From positions 10,450 to 74,449 of the forward strand of contig CAZQLD010000002.1 of assembly GCA_964594115.1 (NCBI GenBank): DNA of 64,000 nt, given 5' to 3'. The position numbers and the translations under genes were made by a program. Each line of letters starts with the position of its first letter. Position 1 is the first letter of the stretch. The DNA is from Candidatus Woesearchaeota archaeon. GTDB lineage: Archaea > Nanobdellota > Nanobdellia > Pacearchaeales > GW2011-AR1. Positions 38,382 through 47,864 of this stretch are shown here, in pieces. The notes under the pieces are model-generated. The model was given only the letters and a program-made list of their open reading frames with translations. It ran no database searches and was not told the origin of the DNA.

Positions 38382-38950
38382 GTTTTAAACATATCCTCTG
38401 CTTGTTTTATTCTTTGTTTTATAGGCAGGGTTACAGTCAGATTTACATCTGATATTCCTGTCTGCCCAGCATATTCTGCAAGCTCCCAGATTGTAATCCC
38501 TAGGAGTTTGGCTGTTTGCTCTATAGAGATTCCGTGTTCGTAAATTCTGCTTGCTTTATTGATTTCTGCTTTTCTGAAAACATCCTGGATATATTTTTTA
38601 AATTTGCCAGAAAGCTTTCCTATTTCACTCCTTATTTCATTAATATTGTTTCTAAAACCTTTAATATCGCTCTTTTCTAGGTTTTCAACTGCCTTGTTTA
38701 TGTTTTCAACATATTTCTTGTGAAAATTTGGCCATTCTTTATAGTAAGTATATTTTTTTCTTTCTATTATCTTGCTTAAAGCATAGATCATCACTGCTAG
38801 AGCTATTCCATCAGGGTCTTGTTTAATAGAAGCTGCATGAATTGTTTTATTGCTTAAATTTTTTAGCTTTATGGTATCTTCTTTTCTAACAGCTGCTTTT
38901 GTTTCCTTTAGAACAGATAAGATGTGCTCTTTTTCCTCTAGTTTTTCCAT
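38378..38950 (-). CDS. Helical protein with C-terminal HTH (UPF0175-like), translationally coupled to the PIN gene
   Basis: YEHGISIEQTAKLLGITIWEL; ATGA overlap. Confidence 0.65.
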   Translation of the reverse strand: MEKLEEKEHILSVLKETKAAVRKEDTIKLKNLSNKTIHAASIKQDPDGIALAVMIYALSKIIERKKYTYYKEWPNFHKKYVENINKAVENLEKSDIKGFRNNINEIRSEIGKLSGKFKKYIQDVFRKAEINKASRIYEHGISIEQTAKLLGITIWELAEYAGQTGISDVNLTVTLPIKQRIKQAEDMFKT

Positions 38951-38969
38951 AAAAGAAAAAAATAAGAGA

Positions 38970-39455
38970 TTATTTAAATCTATCTCGGGATTTTATTTCT
39001 TCAAGGCTTTGTTTTTTAAGTTTTATTTTTTGGTAATGAGAAGCTAGTATTAAGATCAACAAGTAACCTATTACTGCAACTATTGTTGCTAAAATCACAC
39101 TGCCTAGTAAAAAACTTTTTGAGCTGGTGAAAAGTTTTTCTAAAATACTTATTCCATGGCTTTGTGCAGATGAATCTGAAAGAATTGTATTTCCTATTAT
39201 ATAGCTTACAGGATAAACAGAAGCAAGGATTAAGGGATTCCATACAACAAAAGCTAGCATCATAGAAATTTTACTTATTTTTTTAAAAAAAAGTAACACT
39301 AAAATTCCAATAAATACTCCAAGTCCGAATGTTGGAAGCAAGGCAACAAAAGTTCCTATTGCAAATCCTCCTGCAATTGAGTGAGGAGATTTTTTTAAGC
39401 TTGTAACATCTTTGAAGTGCTCTTTTACCCTTTCAACAAACCCCTTTTTTCCCAT
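38970..39455 (-). CDS. DUF2062 family membrane protein
   Basis: SPHSIAGGFAIG.F..LLPT.G...NPL...Y..SY.IG. Confidence 0.85.
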   Translation of the reverse strand: MGKKGFVERVKEHFKDVTSLKKSPHSIAGGFAIGTFVALLPTFGLGVFIGILVLLFFKKISKISMMLAFVVWNPLILASVYPVSYIIGNTILSDSSAQSHGISILEKLFTSSKSFLLGSVILATIVAVIGYLLILILASHYQKIKLKKQSLEEIKSRDRFK

Positions 39456-39474
39456 AATAGGAAAGGGAAAGATA

Positions 39475-39511
39475 ATTATTTAAATATTATGGGAAAAACA
39501 TGATAATATTT
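39475..39511 (-). repeat. 37-bp promoter-containing direct repeat, copy 1
   Basis: ATTATTTAAATATTATGGGAAAAACATGATAATATTT, identical to 42830-42866. Confidence 0.85.
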
Positions 39512-39819
39512 ACTATTTTTCATCATCATCAAAAAACTCATAAAATGAAAGTATAGCTAATGTTAATAGGATAAACCAATTAATAGGTTAAGTTTAAAGC
39601 CTAATGAGCACAAAGTAATGGAATATTGGAAAGTTTCTTATAATGGTTTAATTAGAACAGAACATTCTAGAGGAGAAATACAAAGATACCGAGAGGTTAT
39701 AGGGGGTATTGGTTCTACTAGACAAGATGAACCAAAAAAGATTGTAACCTCTTTTTAGACTAATTAAAAATAGGGGTTTATTAAAAAAATTCATAATAGA
39801 CTCCTAGGGTTTATAATCA

Positions 39820-42093
39820 TCATTCAAGAAGAGCATAACATTTCTCTTTCATTTGAGAACCAGTGATTTTTTCACAGAATTTAGTGCTTCCTGATTCAAG
39901 CGCAGAATTTCTGTAACATTCATCTCTTATTTCAGAATCCACCAGATTTCCACACTTTTCTTCAGCTGTTATGCAATAAGTATATCTCCAGCATCCTTTT
40001 TCGTAATCTTTCTCCATTTGTGCATCTCCTCCACTTCTTTCACATCCATCTGCCTTTTTTTCACCTTCAGAAGTGCAGAACACTAATTCGGTCTGGGTTG
40101 ATACTGTTTCAGATACTGCTTCAACTTCTACATATGGAATGTCTGTTTGTGTTAAGTCAAAATCACTAGGATATTTCTTGATATAAACATCAACTATCTC
40201 TTCCACAAATCTGCCTGTATCTGAATCTCCACCTGAAGCGATTAGATATGCCTTGCTTGTCCATGCTAATATTCCTCCATGATTGATATCAATAAATGTT
40301 TTTTCTCCTTTATACTCTTCTATACTATATGCGCCAGCCTCTCCTCTTGCTAATATCCATTTAATAGAATTTTTTGCATCTTCTTTATTTTCAAATGAAC
40401 AAACCATAGTAGCGCCTGTTGAATAATGAGCTACACAGCATTTTATTGTTTCTATATTCTCTCCATTTTCTGAATATACAGGAACCTGCTCATTCTTGTT
40501 TTCACCATATCCAGATTCTTCATATTCATTATCTCCAATATCTCTCTCAACAAGTAGTTTAGAGCATCCTTTTTCTACTGATGGTTTAGGTTCTATTCCT
40601 ATAATCTTCTTTAGAAATTCAATCACTTTTTCTATAAATCCTTCAGTCATGCACTCTCCATTAATACAAACATTGCTTTTACATTCAAAGTTATTGTCAC
40701 ACTCCCCTTTTTCTTTTTGGAGTATGAACTTATTGTCAATGCAGCAATACTCTCCCTCTTTTCTGTAACCAATAGGATAACATTTTTCTTCTACTTCACA
40801 ACCAGTGCAACTGTAAAAAACCTTGTTGATTGGGACTTCTACTGGTTCTATTTCCTCTATTGGTATACAATTCCCCATTGCACATTTAACTAAATCTGTT
40901 TCTTTTCTTCTGACTTCAACCAATGCAGTTGTTTCAACATAAGGGCAGTTGTCATGAGCTTCAATATATATTTTATGTTTTGTCTTACCATATGTCATTT
41001 TGCCTTCTTCTATTGTTCCCTCAAAAACAAAATAACCTCTCTCATCTGTTTTGTCTAACGAAACAGTATGCCACATTCCTTCAGGTTCATAAGTATAGGT
41101 TTGAGAATAAAAATGATGATAAGGTATGGGATTTCCATTTGAATCAAGAACCTCAATTATGACTTTGAAATCATCTCCTAAATAATAAACATCCTGATTG
41201 AATATTAGTTTTATTTCTGCTGCGCATTTTGTTTCTTCTCTAGGTTCTGTTTCAGGAGGCTCTTCTTGTGCTAAAACATAACATTTTTGTTGTCTTGAAA
41301 CATCAGTTATCTTCTCACAAAGGCTAGGATCTCTTGTCCTTTCTGCAATTCTGATATAACAGTCCTCTTTTTGATAAATATTATCTAGCTCTTCACATAC
41401 AGAATAAACAGGTGTTTCTTTTAACTGATTTCTGCATTCCTCCTCTGAAGTATGATAATTGTACCTTGAAGAATCATACTCACAACCAGAATCAGAGACA
41501 CATAAATTATCTTTTATTCTCCATCCTATTATTGTTGGACATTCTTCTGATATGCATACCCCGTCTTTACAACCACTAGGACAGACATATGTTTCACCCA
41601 TACTTTGGGTACCTTCACAATAACACTCATTTAGTGTGTTTTCATCTACGCAATAATCACAGACAACAGGGTAATTGCATCCTCCCTCAGAATCACATGC
41701 TGACCAGCTTCCTCTTTTGTAATAATTTTTTCCTCCGTCACTATCATAACACTCTAAAACATGAGTCTCTGGAGGAATTTCTAATAAACTTTCACATTCA
41801 TCTTTGCCATAATATTTATATTTTGAATCATCATAATCACAACCAGAATCTTCAATACATCTATTATCCTCTATTCTCCAACCTGATATTGCTCTACAGG
41901 GTTCAGTCTCTGGCTCAGTTTCTGTTTCTTCTATCTCCTCTTCTTCACCTGTCTCATTATCAGTAATTTTTCCTGTGATTTTTCCTAAAACATTATCAAA
42001 CCAACTAGCACTTACTAAGCTAACAGAACTAAAGATGCTAATCAATAATATAGATATCGCTAATAATCCCAAAATCGCACTACTTTTTTTCAT
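39820..42093 (-). CDS. Secreted Cys-rich modular protein
   Basis: Signal peptide; two GWRI.DN.C..DSGC.YD repeats; CYDSDGG; two D.CY...A.......CEKI repeats. Confidence 0.75.
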   Translation of the reverse strand: MKKSSAILGLLAISILLISIFSSVSLVSASWFDNVLGKITGKITDNETGEEEEIEETETEPETEPCRAISGWRIEDNRCIEDSGCDYDDSKYKYYGKDECESLLEIPPETHVLECYDSDGGKNYYKRGSWSACDSEGGCNYPVVCDYCVDENTLNECYCEGTQSMGETYVCPSGCKDGVCISEECPTIIGWRIKDNLCVSDSGCEYDSSRYNYHTSEEECRNQLKETPVYSVCEELDNIYQKEDCYIRIAERTRDPSLCEKITDVSRQQKCYVLAQEEPPETEPREETKCAAEIKLIFNQDVYYLGDDFKVIIEVLDSNGNPIPYHHFYSQTYTYEPEGMWHTVSLDKTDERGYFVFEGTIEEGKMTYGKTKHKIYIEAHDNCPYVETTALVEVRRKETDLVKCAMGNCIPIEEIEPVEVPINKVFYSCTGCEVEEKCYPIGYRKEGEYCCIDNKFILQKEKGECDNNFECKSNVCINGECMTEGFIEKVIEFLKKIIGIEPKPSVEKGCSKLLVERDIGDNEYEESGYGENKNEQVPVYSENGENIETIKCCVAHYSTGATMVCSFENKEDAKNSIKWILARGEAGAYSIEEYKGEKTFIDINHGGILAWTSKAYLIASGGDSDTGRFVEEIVDVYIKKYPSDFDLTQTDIPYVEVEAVSETVSTQTELVFCTSEGEKKADGCERSGGDAQMEKDYEKGCWRYTYCITAEEKCGNLVDSEIRDECYRNSALESGSTKFCEKITGSQMKEKCYALLE

Positions 42094-42192
42094 ATATTTT
42101 TAAGGAAAAGATATTATAAAAATCTATTTGTTTTGATAAAAGCGAATAATTATCACACTTTTATGATAGTTATTTAAATATTTTGGGAAAAC

Positions 42193-42810
42193 TCACTGCA
42201 ATTTTTTTAAAATATCCTCTGTGATTTTTTCTATTGTCTGTTCACCGTTTATTATAATTGCTCTATTTTTGAATTTTTTTAATATAGGTTTTGTATCTTT
42301 ATGATAAATTTTCAGCCTTTTATTTATGGCAGTTTTATCTATATCATCTTTTCTTTGGTAAAGAGGGATTTTGCAAATATCACAAATATGGTTGTTTTTG
42401 GGTTTTGGTTGTGTAATAAGATTATAAGCAATTCCGCATTTCTTGCAGTTCCATCTTCCTAGCAATCTTTTTATTGCTTCTTTATCTGAAATATGGATTT
42501 CAAAAATCTTATCAATGCCTGTTATTTTCTCTAAGTCTTCTGTTTGGCTTAAATTACGCGGATAGCCATCAAGAATTATCCCGTTTTTGCAATCTGGTTG
42601 TTTTATTCTTTTTTTCAGCAACTTTAAAATAAATTTGTCTGGAATCAATTTGCCTTTATTAATGTAAGAATCAATTTTTTCTTTTAATTTTCCGGTTGCA
42701 GATCTTAATAAATCTCCAGTAGATATATGGACAATATTAAGTTTTTTAGAAATTATCTTAGCCTGGGTTCCTTTTCCACTGCCCTGAGGGCCGATAAATA
42801 AGATTATCAT
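42193..42810 (-). CDS. adk: Adenylate kinase (bacterial-type, Zn-binding LID)
   Basis: GPQGSGKGTQA, HISTGDLLR, ILDGYPR, CKKC...CDIC, QRKDD. Confidence 0.92.
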   Translation of the reverse strand: MIILFIGPQGSGKGTQAKIISKKLNIVHISTGDLLRSATGKLKEKIDSYINKGKLIPDKFILKLLKKRIKQPDCKNGIILDGYPRNLSQTEDLEKITGIDKIFEIHISDKEAIKRLLGRWNCKKCGIAYNLITQPKPKNNHICDICKIPLYQRKDDIDKTAINKRLKIYHKDTKPILKKFKNRAIIINGEQTIEKITEDILKKLQ

Positions 42811-42829
42811 ATAAGAAGAGAAAAAGAAG

Positions 42830-42866
42830 ATTATTTAAATATTATGGGAAAAACATGATAATATTT
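42830..42866 (-). repeat. 37-bp promoter-containing direct repeat, copy 2
   Basis: Identical to 39475-39511; both copies lie 20 bp from a minus-strand start codon. Confidence 0.85.
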
Positions 42867-42920
42867 TTGGGAAAATGTGATATTAAACGCCCACGCCGAT
42901 AACCTAACCTTAGGTTCAGG

Positions 42921-43685
42921 TTAGGTATGAAATTGATGATTTCTAGCAAGATGCCAGTAATAATCTTCTTTTTCCATTAAAGAATCCAAAAAAGACAAAG
43001 ACATCCTATTTCTTCTTAGTAAAAGATTTTCAATGAAAGGGTCATCATCTGGCCCCCCATATTCATTTCTGCATCTTTCTGCAATAATGCTCCAAAAAGT
43101 GTGAATGTGTTTGTTAACATATTCTTTATCTCCTTCAAATACTTGGGGATTACTTAGTAGATTTTCTACAGGAACACCTGCATAATAGTATAAATCATGT
43201 TTAATTTGATGCACAGGATATTTTGTAAGGTACCCTCCATTTGTTTTTGTAGATTTTCTGGTAAATATAACTCTCTGTCCATGAAGCCCACATAATTGGA
43301 TTTTCTTTCCTGAAAGATTTTCTTTACTAAATCTTACCCCAAATTCAAAATTAATATCATTGCATACTCTCTCAAAGAAAGGAGAAGTCCAAAAAATTAA
43401 ATTTACTGGAAATTCATAACCAGAAAGATTTGTTTTGTATAAATCCGCATTTCCTGAAGATAAATGTCTTGCAGCAGTCTTTTCTATAAATAGATTCCTT
43501 AAAGCATCTTGATTTTCAATAATACAAATTAATTCTAAATCAGATTTTGGAGTAACACTATAATCTGGAGCATAAGCAACAGATCCTGCAAGTAAAACAG
43601 CTTTTGAGGGAATAATAACCTTTGCTAATTTTTCAGCTGTTTTTAATCTTTTATATGTTTCCTGAAGAATTACTTTACGTTTCAT
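42921..43685 (-). CDS. Divergent Pol-beta-fold nucleotidyltransferase-like protein
   Basis: VLLAGSVAY...PKSDLE motif. Confidence 0.55.
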   Translation of the reverse strand: MKRKVILQETYKRLKTAEKLAKVIIPSKAVLLAGSVAYAPDYSVTPKSDLELICIIENQDALRNLFIEKTAARHLSSGNADLYKTNLSGYEFPVNLIFWTSPFFERVCNDINFEFGVRFSKENLSGKKIQLCGLHGQRVIFTRKSTKTNGGYLTKYPVHQIKHDLYYYAGVPVENLLSNPQVFEGDKEYVNKHIHTFWSIIAERCRNEYGGPDDDPFIENLLLRRNRMSLSFLDSLMEKEDYYWHLARNHQFHT

Positions 43686-43842
43686 ATAAATTTACATTAA
43701 ATAGTTTTTTTAATTATTTCTATAATATAAAAATATGCTCTGTTAGAGAGTTGAACCTTAGGTTAAGGATTGTGTTAATAATTCTTAAATATTTTCATGA
43801 TTTAAACATAAATATTTAAATATTGCTTTCTGTTTTTAAATC

Positions 43843-44229
43843 ATGAAAATTATATTAGACACAAACTTTCTGATTTACTGTGCGAAAAATAAATTAGATT
43901 ATGTTGAAGGGATTAGTAATTTGTTAAATGAAAATTACGAGTTAGTTGTTCCTATACAGGTTGTTGAAGAGTTAAAAAAAATAAAGGATGATAAGTTGAA
44001 AAAAGTTTCTGGAAAAGATAAACAAGCATCTAATTTAGCTTTACAGCTTCTTGATGCGAATAAAATTAAAAAAATTAAGGTTAAAGGAAAAACAGTTGAT
44101 GTGGGGATTATTAATCTGGCTTCTGAAAACAAGAAAAATATTGTAGCTACCTTAGATAAAGAAATGAGGCAGATTTTAGGGAGAGTTATTCTAATTAATC
44201 GAAGAAAAAGGTTAAGTTTGAGTAAATGA
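43843..44229 (+). CDS. PIN-domain nuclease (Fcf1/VapC9-like)
   Basis: ILDTNFL, V.EEL, VD..I, VATLD..M; typical position upstream of rpo7. Confidence 0.85.
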   Translation: MKIILDTNFLIYCAKNKLDYVEGISNLLNENYELVVPIQVVEELKKIKDDKLKKVSGKDKQASNLALQLLDANKIKKIKVKGKTVDVGIINLASENKKNIVATLDKEMRQILGRVILINRRKRLSLSK

Positions 44230-44619
44230 GCAATTGTCTACATTTTTTCTGAAAATTCTCGGAGCTATTTTATAGACATAGATATCTCCTTTAGTTGTGA
44301 TAAGTTCACACATAAAATTTCCAAATGGTTCATAAGAAAAAAAATCCTGATCTGAAACTTCGGCAAATGCTCTTAGTTTTTGTATTACATAGGGCACAAT
44401 AAGCCTCTTAATGGGGATGTCTACTTTAAGTTCTAAACCTCTATTTGAACTCTCTTTAATTTCTAAACCTTTTCTTAGCCCTCCTATTTCCTCATTAAAT
44501 ATAGGAGAAAATCCCTCGTTTGAGTAAGTTAGTGCTTTCACAACTTTAAATATCCTTGATTCTGTTTCATATATAAAAAAAGGGGCTCCATGTAGTGTAA
44601 TTGTTTCTTGCTCCACCAT
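44212..44619 (-). CDS. Hypothetical protein
   Basis: ORF with TATA box. Confidence 0.45.
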   Translation of the reverse strand: MVEQETITLHGAPFFIYETESRIFKVVKALTYSNEGFSPIFNEEIGGLRKGLEIKESSNRGLELKVDIPIKRLIVPYVIQKLRAFAEVSDQDFFSYEPFGNFMCELITTKGDIYVYKIAPRIFRKNVDNCSFTQT

Positions 44620-44746
44620 GATATTTTGTTACATTGTTTGTTTATAAATTTAATTATATCAGTGCATATTTAATAAAAATAGGAATAATAAGCTTTATAA
44701 ATTCATTTTCTGTCCTTTATTTATCTTTTATTTTAGGAGAATCAAA

Positions 44747-45352
44747 ATGTTCTATATTGTAGAAGTTGAGGATTATATAAGAGTAGAACCAAAGTTATTT
44801 GGGTTAGCAACTGGCGTAGCTGTTGAGAAACAGCTCCAAGAAAGCTATGAAGAGTATCATGATAAAGAGATTGGAGAGGTTATTGGGGTTATGGAAGTAT
44901 TGAATGTTGGGGAGGGAATAATAATCCCAGGGGATGGTGCAGCTTATTATAATAGCCAGTTTAAGCTTCTTGTTTGGAAACCTGAAATGCAGGAATTAGT
45001 TTATGGAATTGTTAATGAGATTACTAATTTTGGGGCTTTTATGAATTTGGGAGTTATGCAGGGAATGATTCATATAAGTCAGACAATGGAAGATTATGTT
45101 AGTTTTTCTAAGAGTAATGTTCTCATAGGAAAATCCAGTAAGAAAAGCCTGAAAAGAGGAGATCCTTGTTTAGCTAGAGTTGTCGCAATAAGTTATAAAG
45201 GAGAAGATCCAAAACTTGGATTAACAATGAGGCAGCCAGGATTAGGAAAATTAGACTGGATAAAAGATGAAAAAAGAAAAGCTAAAATGGCTGCTAAAAA
45301 ATCAGCAAAAGCTGAAACTGCTGGAAAAGCTGGTAAGGGAAAGAAAAAATGA
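44747..45352 (+). CDS. rpo7: DNA-directed RNA polymerase subunit Rpo7 (E')
   Basis: GIIIPGDGAAYY, FGAF..LG...G.IHISQ, KLGLTMRQPGLGKLDW. Confidence 0.95.
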   Translation: MFYIVEVEDYIRVEPKLFGLATGVAVEKQLQESYEEYHDKEIGEVIGVMEVLNVGEGIIIPGDGAAYYNSQFKLLVWKPEMQELVYGIVNEITNFGAFMNLGVMQGMIHISQTMEDYVSFSKSNVLIGKSSKKSLKRGDPCLARVVAISYKGEDPKLGLTMRQPGLGKLDWIKDEKRKAKMAAKKSAKAETAGKAGKGKKK

Positions 45353-45699
45353 TTGAAGAAGTAAAAAAATTAACACAAAAAGCTTCAAATTTTCTTGCAG
45401 GAACAAAAGTTTTAGAATGCCAATTTGGTTTTGGAGTTATTGGCGATTCATTTGAAAAAAGTTTTTTTGCATTGCCTGTGGGCTATATGTGTATTAAAGT
45501 GCAATCTTGGGACAGAATAAGAAGCAAGGTACAGAATGACCATGTTTATGGAACTGGTCAATCAAGGATGTTTAATAGGATTAGGGATTTAGTAAATCTT
45601 AGACATCAAGGAGTTGTGAGTGTTACTGTTAGACCTTATAAAGGTAAGAAATTGCAAAAATATTATGATGCAACTTGGGATGGTCCTAAATGTTGGTAA
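45349..45699 (+). CDS. Hypothetical protein inserted between rpo7 and spt4
   Basis: ATGA overlap with rpo7; ends 6 bp before spt4. Confidence 0.55.
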   Translation: MIEEVKKLTQKASNFLAGTKVLECQFGFGVIGDSFEKSFFALPVGYMCIKVQSWDRIRSKVQNDHVYGTGQSRMFNRIRDLVNLRHQGVVSVTVRPYKGKKLQKYYDATWDGPKCW

Positions 45700-45705
45700 A
45701 TAAAA

Positions 45706-45894
45706 ATGGCAAAAGAAAAAGCATGCAAAGAGTGCAAGAATATATATGAGGGAGATAAATGCCCTAAATGTGGTTCTACAGAATCTACAGAATCTTGGAA
45801 AGGCAGAGTTATAATTGTTAATCCAGAGCAGTCAGAAATTGCTAAAAAATTAAAGGTAAAGGAAAAAGGAAAATACGCAATTAAAACAAAATAG
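45706..45894 (+). CDS. spt4: Transcription elongation factor Spt4 (RpoE2)
   Basis: KAC..C...CP.CGS....W.G...I.NPE.SEIAK.L......G.YA. Confidence 0.93.
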   Translation: MAKEKACKECKNIYEGDKCPKCGSTESTESWKGRVIIVNPEQSEIAKKLKVKEKGKYAIKTK

Positions 45895-45913
45895 AGTTTT
45901 TTAAAAGAAACTG

Positions 45914-46270
45914 ATGTTGAAAATGAAACTAATACAAGATAAACAAAATCCTCTTTTGAAGAGAAAGGAAGTTAAGATAATTATAGAAGCAGAAAAAAAC
46001 CCTACAATGCAGGAAGCTTCTAAATCAGTTGCAGAGAAATTTAAAATTGCAGAAGAGGTAGTTGCAGTTAAGCAGATAAAAGGGAAATTTGGGAGAAAAA
46101 CATTTCTTATTTCAGCTCATATCTATGATAATAAAGAAGACAAAGAGAAAATCGAGCCTAAATCAAAAAAGAAGAAGGGAAAAGAGGAAAAGCCAGCAGA
46201 ACAACCTGCTGAAGAAAATAAAGAAGAGCCAAAAGAAGAAGCAAAGCCTGAAGAGAATAAGGAACAATAA
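45914..46270 (+). CDS. rps24e: 30S ribosomal protein S24e
   Basis: [10 protein letters not shown]...FG.....AHIYD; conserved operon position. Confidence 0.85.
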   Translation: MLKMKLIQDKQNPLLKRKEVKIIIEAEKNPTMQEASKSVAEKFKIAEEVVAVKQIKGKFGRKTFLISAHIYDNKEDKEKIEPKSKKKKGKEEKPAEQPAEENKEEPKEEAKPEENKEQ

Positions 46271-46272
46271 AA

Positions 46273-46533
46273 ATGCCATATGACGAGAAAAAACCAGCAG
46301 CAGAAAAAAAGAAAGTTGTTCATCAGGGTAAAAAACCCCATAAAAATAAATCATCATCTCAAAAATGGAAATTCTACAAAATTGAGGGAGATAAAGTAGT
46401 TAGGGAGCAGACATGTCCGAGATGCGGGCTAGGAGTTTTTCTGGCTAAATCAAGAGATAGATTATATTGTGGAAGATGTCATTATACTGAATTCTTAGAG
46501 AAAAAGGTGGAAACAGAAGAGAAAAAAGAGTGA
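46273..46533 (+). CDS. rps27ae: 30S ribosomal protein S27ae
   Basis: CPRCG.GVFLA...[12 protein letters not shown]. Confidence 0.93.
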   Translation: MPYDEKKPAAEKKKVVHQGKKPHKNKSSSQKWKFYKIEGDKVVREQTCPRCGLGVFLAKSRDRLYCGRCHYTEFLEKKVETEEKKE

Positions 46534-46539
46534 TTTTTA

Positions 46540-46968
46540 TTAAAATAAATCTACAATAGGCTGTCTGTAGAAGACAAAAGGAACAGAATTTTTTCTTTTT
46601 GCTATTTTAGTTAATTTTTCTGAATCAGGTGCTTCATTCATTTTATATGTGTTATAAAACTTCCCATCTATAAATACTACTGATCCAATACCTGCACTTT
46701 CTTTTCTATTAAAATATCCGTTATCTCCATATAACCATTTTTCTAATGTAACATCAGGAGCAACATCAGGAGCAACTTTAGATTCTAGAACTCTGTTGCT
46801 TAAGCCATCATACATAGCATACGCAAGTTGGATATTGGTAACATTAACTTGAGCCCTGGCTTTAGAATATTTTTCCCAGGTAATGTCATCAGCTCTAGGA
46901 TCATAAACCCTAATATCTTTTAGTTTTATTGTTTGTATATCTGTTGTCACTTTAATTATTCTTCTCAA
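46540..46968 (-). CDS. Hypothetical protein
   Basis: ORF containing a 12-bp tandem duplication (VAPDVAPD). Confidence 0.45.
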   Translation of the reverse strand: MRRIIKVTTDIQTIKLKDIRVYDPRADDITWEKYSKARAQVNVTNIQLAYAMYDGLSNRVLESKVAPDVAPDVTLEKWLYGDNGYFNRKESAGIGSVVFIDGKFYNTYKMNEAPDSEKLTKIAKRKNSVPFVFYRQPIVDLF

Positions 46969-47377
46969 AATAGTTTATTTCTACAATATCGCCAAATTTT
47001 TTTTGATATAATGCTTTGTATTTTTCTCCATGTTTTTTAAATTCTTTGTAGACTCTTAGTTCGGTTCCTAATTGGTTATCAAAGACTCCCATACTAATTC
47101 CGTCTCTATCTCTCCATCCAAATAATCCCCTGTTGATTATAACAGATAATCGTCTATTTGGCGTTCTTTCATATATACTATCTTCAGGTTCCCATGGAGC
47201 GGTTTGTGGTATGAAATCTCCTTCTGTCCACCGACCAAATGCTTTTTTAACAAGTTTATCTATTATAGGTCTTCTCTTTCTTTCTTCAGGTTCTAATCTT
47301 GAAAAAGCTAACCTCAACCATTCTTTTCTCCAATTTCTTAACCTTTCTGTTTCTTTGCTTAGACAATTAGTTAACAT
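46952..47377 (-). CDS. Hypothetical protein
   Basis: ORF. Confidence 0.45.
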   Translation of the reverse strand: MLTNCLSKETERLRNWRKEWLRLAFSRLEPEERKRRPIIDKLVKKAFGRWTEGDFIPQTAPWEPEDSIYERTPNRRLSVIINRGLFGWRDRDGISMGVFDNQLGTELRVYKEFKKHGEKYKALYQKKFGDIVEINYFEKNN

Positions 47378-47594
47378 TTTTTCTTTTAATTTTAATATTT
47401 TGTTTATGAAAAATAACTATATAAATCTTTTTATTCCTTAACCACTTTAAAGTGACTCTAAGAACATAATAGGAAAAAAGTGAATTATGATTAAAAAAGG
47501 TCAAATTAACTTAGTAGTGCCTGGTTTTAGACAGGTTTGCTTTTTTATTAATTTATCCCTTTTTATACATGTAAATATAATACAAATTAATTTT

Positions 47595-47666
47595 AAAACC
47601 CTCGAAGAGGCTTCTTAGCGTAAAAATAGAGTGCCAATCAGCCTCTTCTGGGGAAAAAGAGGTGAT
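47595..47666 (-). ncRNA. Candidate small RNA (anti-SD-like 5' end plus GC-rich hairpin)
   Basis: BRE-TATA (CGAAAAGATTTAAATA) 29 nt upstream; stem GAAGAGGCT/AGCCTCTTC; no ORF. Confidence 0.35.
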
Positions 47667-47864
47667 AATAAATATAAGTGTCAATAGTATTTAAATCTTT
47701 CGGTTTTGTTGTAACTAGTGAATGACATAATAATTTCTTATTTTTTCCCTTTCTTTGTCTTTTTTAGAGACAAGGACTATTTATAAGCTTTATTGTTCTT
47801 AAATATATAGTTAAAATACTGGTTGAGAGGAAGATTTTATAAATTATGTGATAGTAGGAAATAT

